Origin: Naegleria gruberi
Lineage: Eukaryota
Assembly: GCA_000004985.1 (NCBI GenBank)
Contig: GG738855.1
Length of the DNA stretch: 64,000 bases
Reading direction: 5' to 3' (one strand)
A model generated the notes under the pieces. That model was given only the letters and a program-made list of their open reading frames with translations. It was not told the DNA's origin and searched no databases. Positions 63,618 to 64,000 of this stretch are shown here, one piece after another. Numbering within the stretch: the stretch's first letter is position 1; each line of letters opens with the position of its first letter. The position numbers and the translations under genes were made by a program.

Positions 63618-64000
63618 TTATTGTTTACCTCCGATGATAGACTTCAAGTGTTCGTTGAGCTTGGTTGGTGTATTCTTCCATGAGTGAGAAGTAACAAGAT
63701 TGTAGGTGGAAATGGTTGGTTTGACTGGATATTGAACAAAGAAAGTTTGAGCAGCTTCTTCTTCTCCATTGACAAGATAAGAGTACAGCAAAGCATTACG
63801 CAAGGAAGCAACTTCTCTATCAGTTGAAGCTCTCTTAATATATAATCCAAAGGTAAGTTCAGCATCAGGTACGCTACCAACTTGACCGAAAGCAGCAATA
63901 ATCTTGGCCATATCATCAATTTCCAAATCACGTGGGTGAGCATCGTAGTGTTGCTTGAGAGAAATGAGAGACTTGTAGTCGCTTGCCTTGGCAAATTCTA
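63618..64000 (-). CDS. 3' part of a gene running off the window end (hypothetical; C-terminus ..SIIGGKQ*)
   Basis: Open reading frame continuing beyond 64000 on the minus strand (..ASDYKSLISLKQHYDAHPRDLEIDDMAKIIAAFGQVGSVPDAELTFGLYIKRASTDREVASLRNALLYSYLVNGEEEAAQTFF..). No family assigned. Confidence 0.35.
   Translation of the reverse strand, partial: EFAKASDYKSLISLKQHYDAHPRDLEIDDMAKIIAAFGQVGSVPDAELTFGLYIKRASTDREVASLRNALLYSYLVNGEEEAAQTFFVQYPVKPTISTYNLVTSHSWKNTPTKLNEHLKSIIGGKQ

Noticed and set aside
1-64000. Prokaryotic interpretation (operons, defence islands, CRISPR, phage)
   Set aside because: Genes carry short GT-AG spliceosomal introns with consistent phases. The proteins are typical eukaryotic families (NEK, CK1, UBE2S, PEX12, CEP41, eIF1). 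There are no Shine-Dalgarno-type spacing, no repeat-spacer arrays and no integrase/transposase ORFs.

Overview
This window is eukaryotic nuclear DNA, not prokaryotic. It is AT-rich (about two thirds A+T) and densely packed with protein-coding genes on both strands: I call roughly 40 genes in 64 kb. Many are interrupted by short (about 40-80 nt) introns with GTAAGT/GTATGT donors and YAG acceptors, and many proteins carry N/Q/S-rich low-complexity inserts. The ORF track turns TTG/GTG/CTG into M, so several track 'starts' are artefacts; I re-derived starts and exon junctions by hand (coordinates about +/-2 nt).

Recognisable genes:
- Cytosolic housekeeping: NEK kinase, UBE2S-type E2, cytosolic IleRS, casein kinase I, acetoacetyl-CoA thiolase, PEX12, eIF1/SUI1, p23 co-chaperone, a DH-PH RhoGEF, a polyprenol/steroid 5-alpha-reductase-family protein, a PAP2 phosphatase, and a CEP41-like rhodanese centrosomal protein.
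- Bacterial-ancestry, probably mitochondrial: a TsaE/YjeE-like P-loop protein, a bacterial-type LeuRS, and a bacterial-type Ffh (SRP54), each interrupted by or flanked by spliceosomal introns.

I found no rRNA, tRNA, CRISPR array or transposon. The gene content (CEP41, mitochondrial Ffh, many short introns, compact spacing) suggests a free-living flagellate/amoeboflagellate protist, possibly heterolobosean-like; this is inference.

The most interesting signals are:
- a tandem pair of compact ENaC/degenerin-like two-TM proteins;
- a paralogous pair of F-box-like plus multipass-TM proteins;
- a perfect 10-bp palindrome TTGGCGCCAA (E2F-like) recurring four times, always in 5' intergenic regions;
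- a roughly 150-bp imperfect direct repeat flanking an intronless DUF4116-repeat gene, whose second copy is a truncated 5' fragment of the neighbouring gene;
- very tight gene spacing, including 4-bp convergent and 39-bp same-strand gaps.
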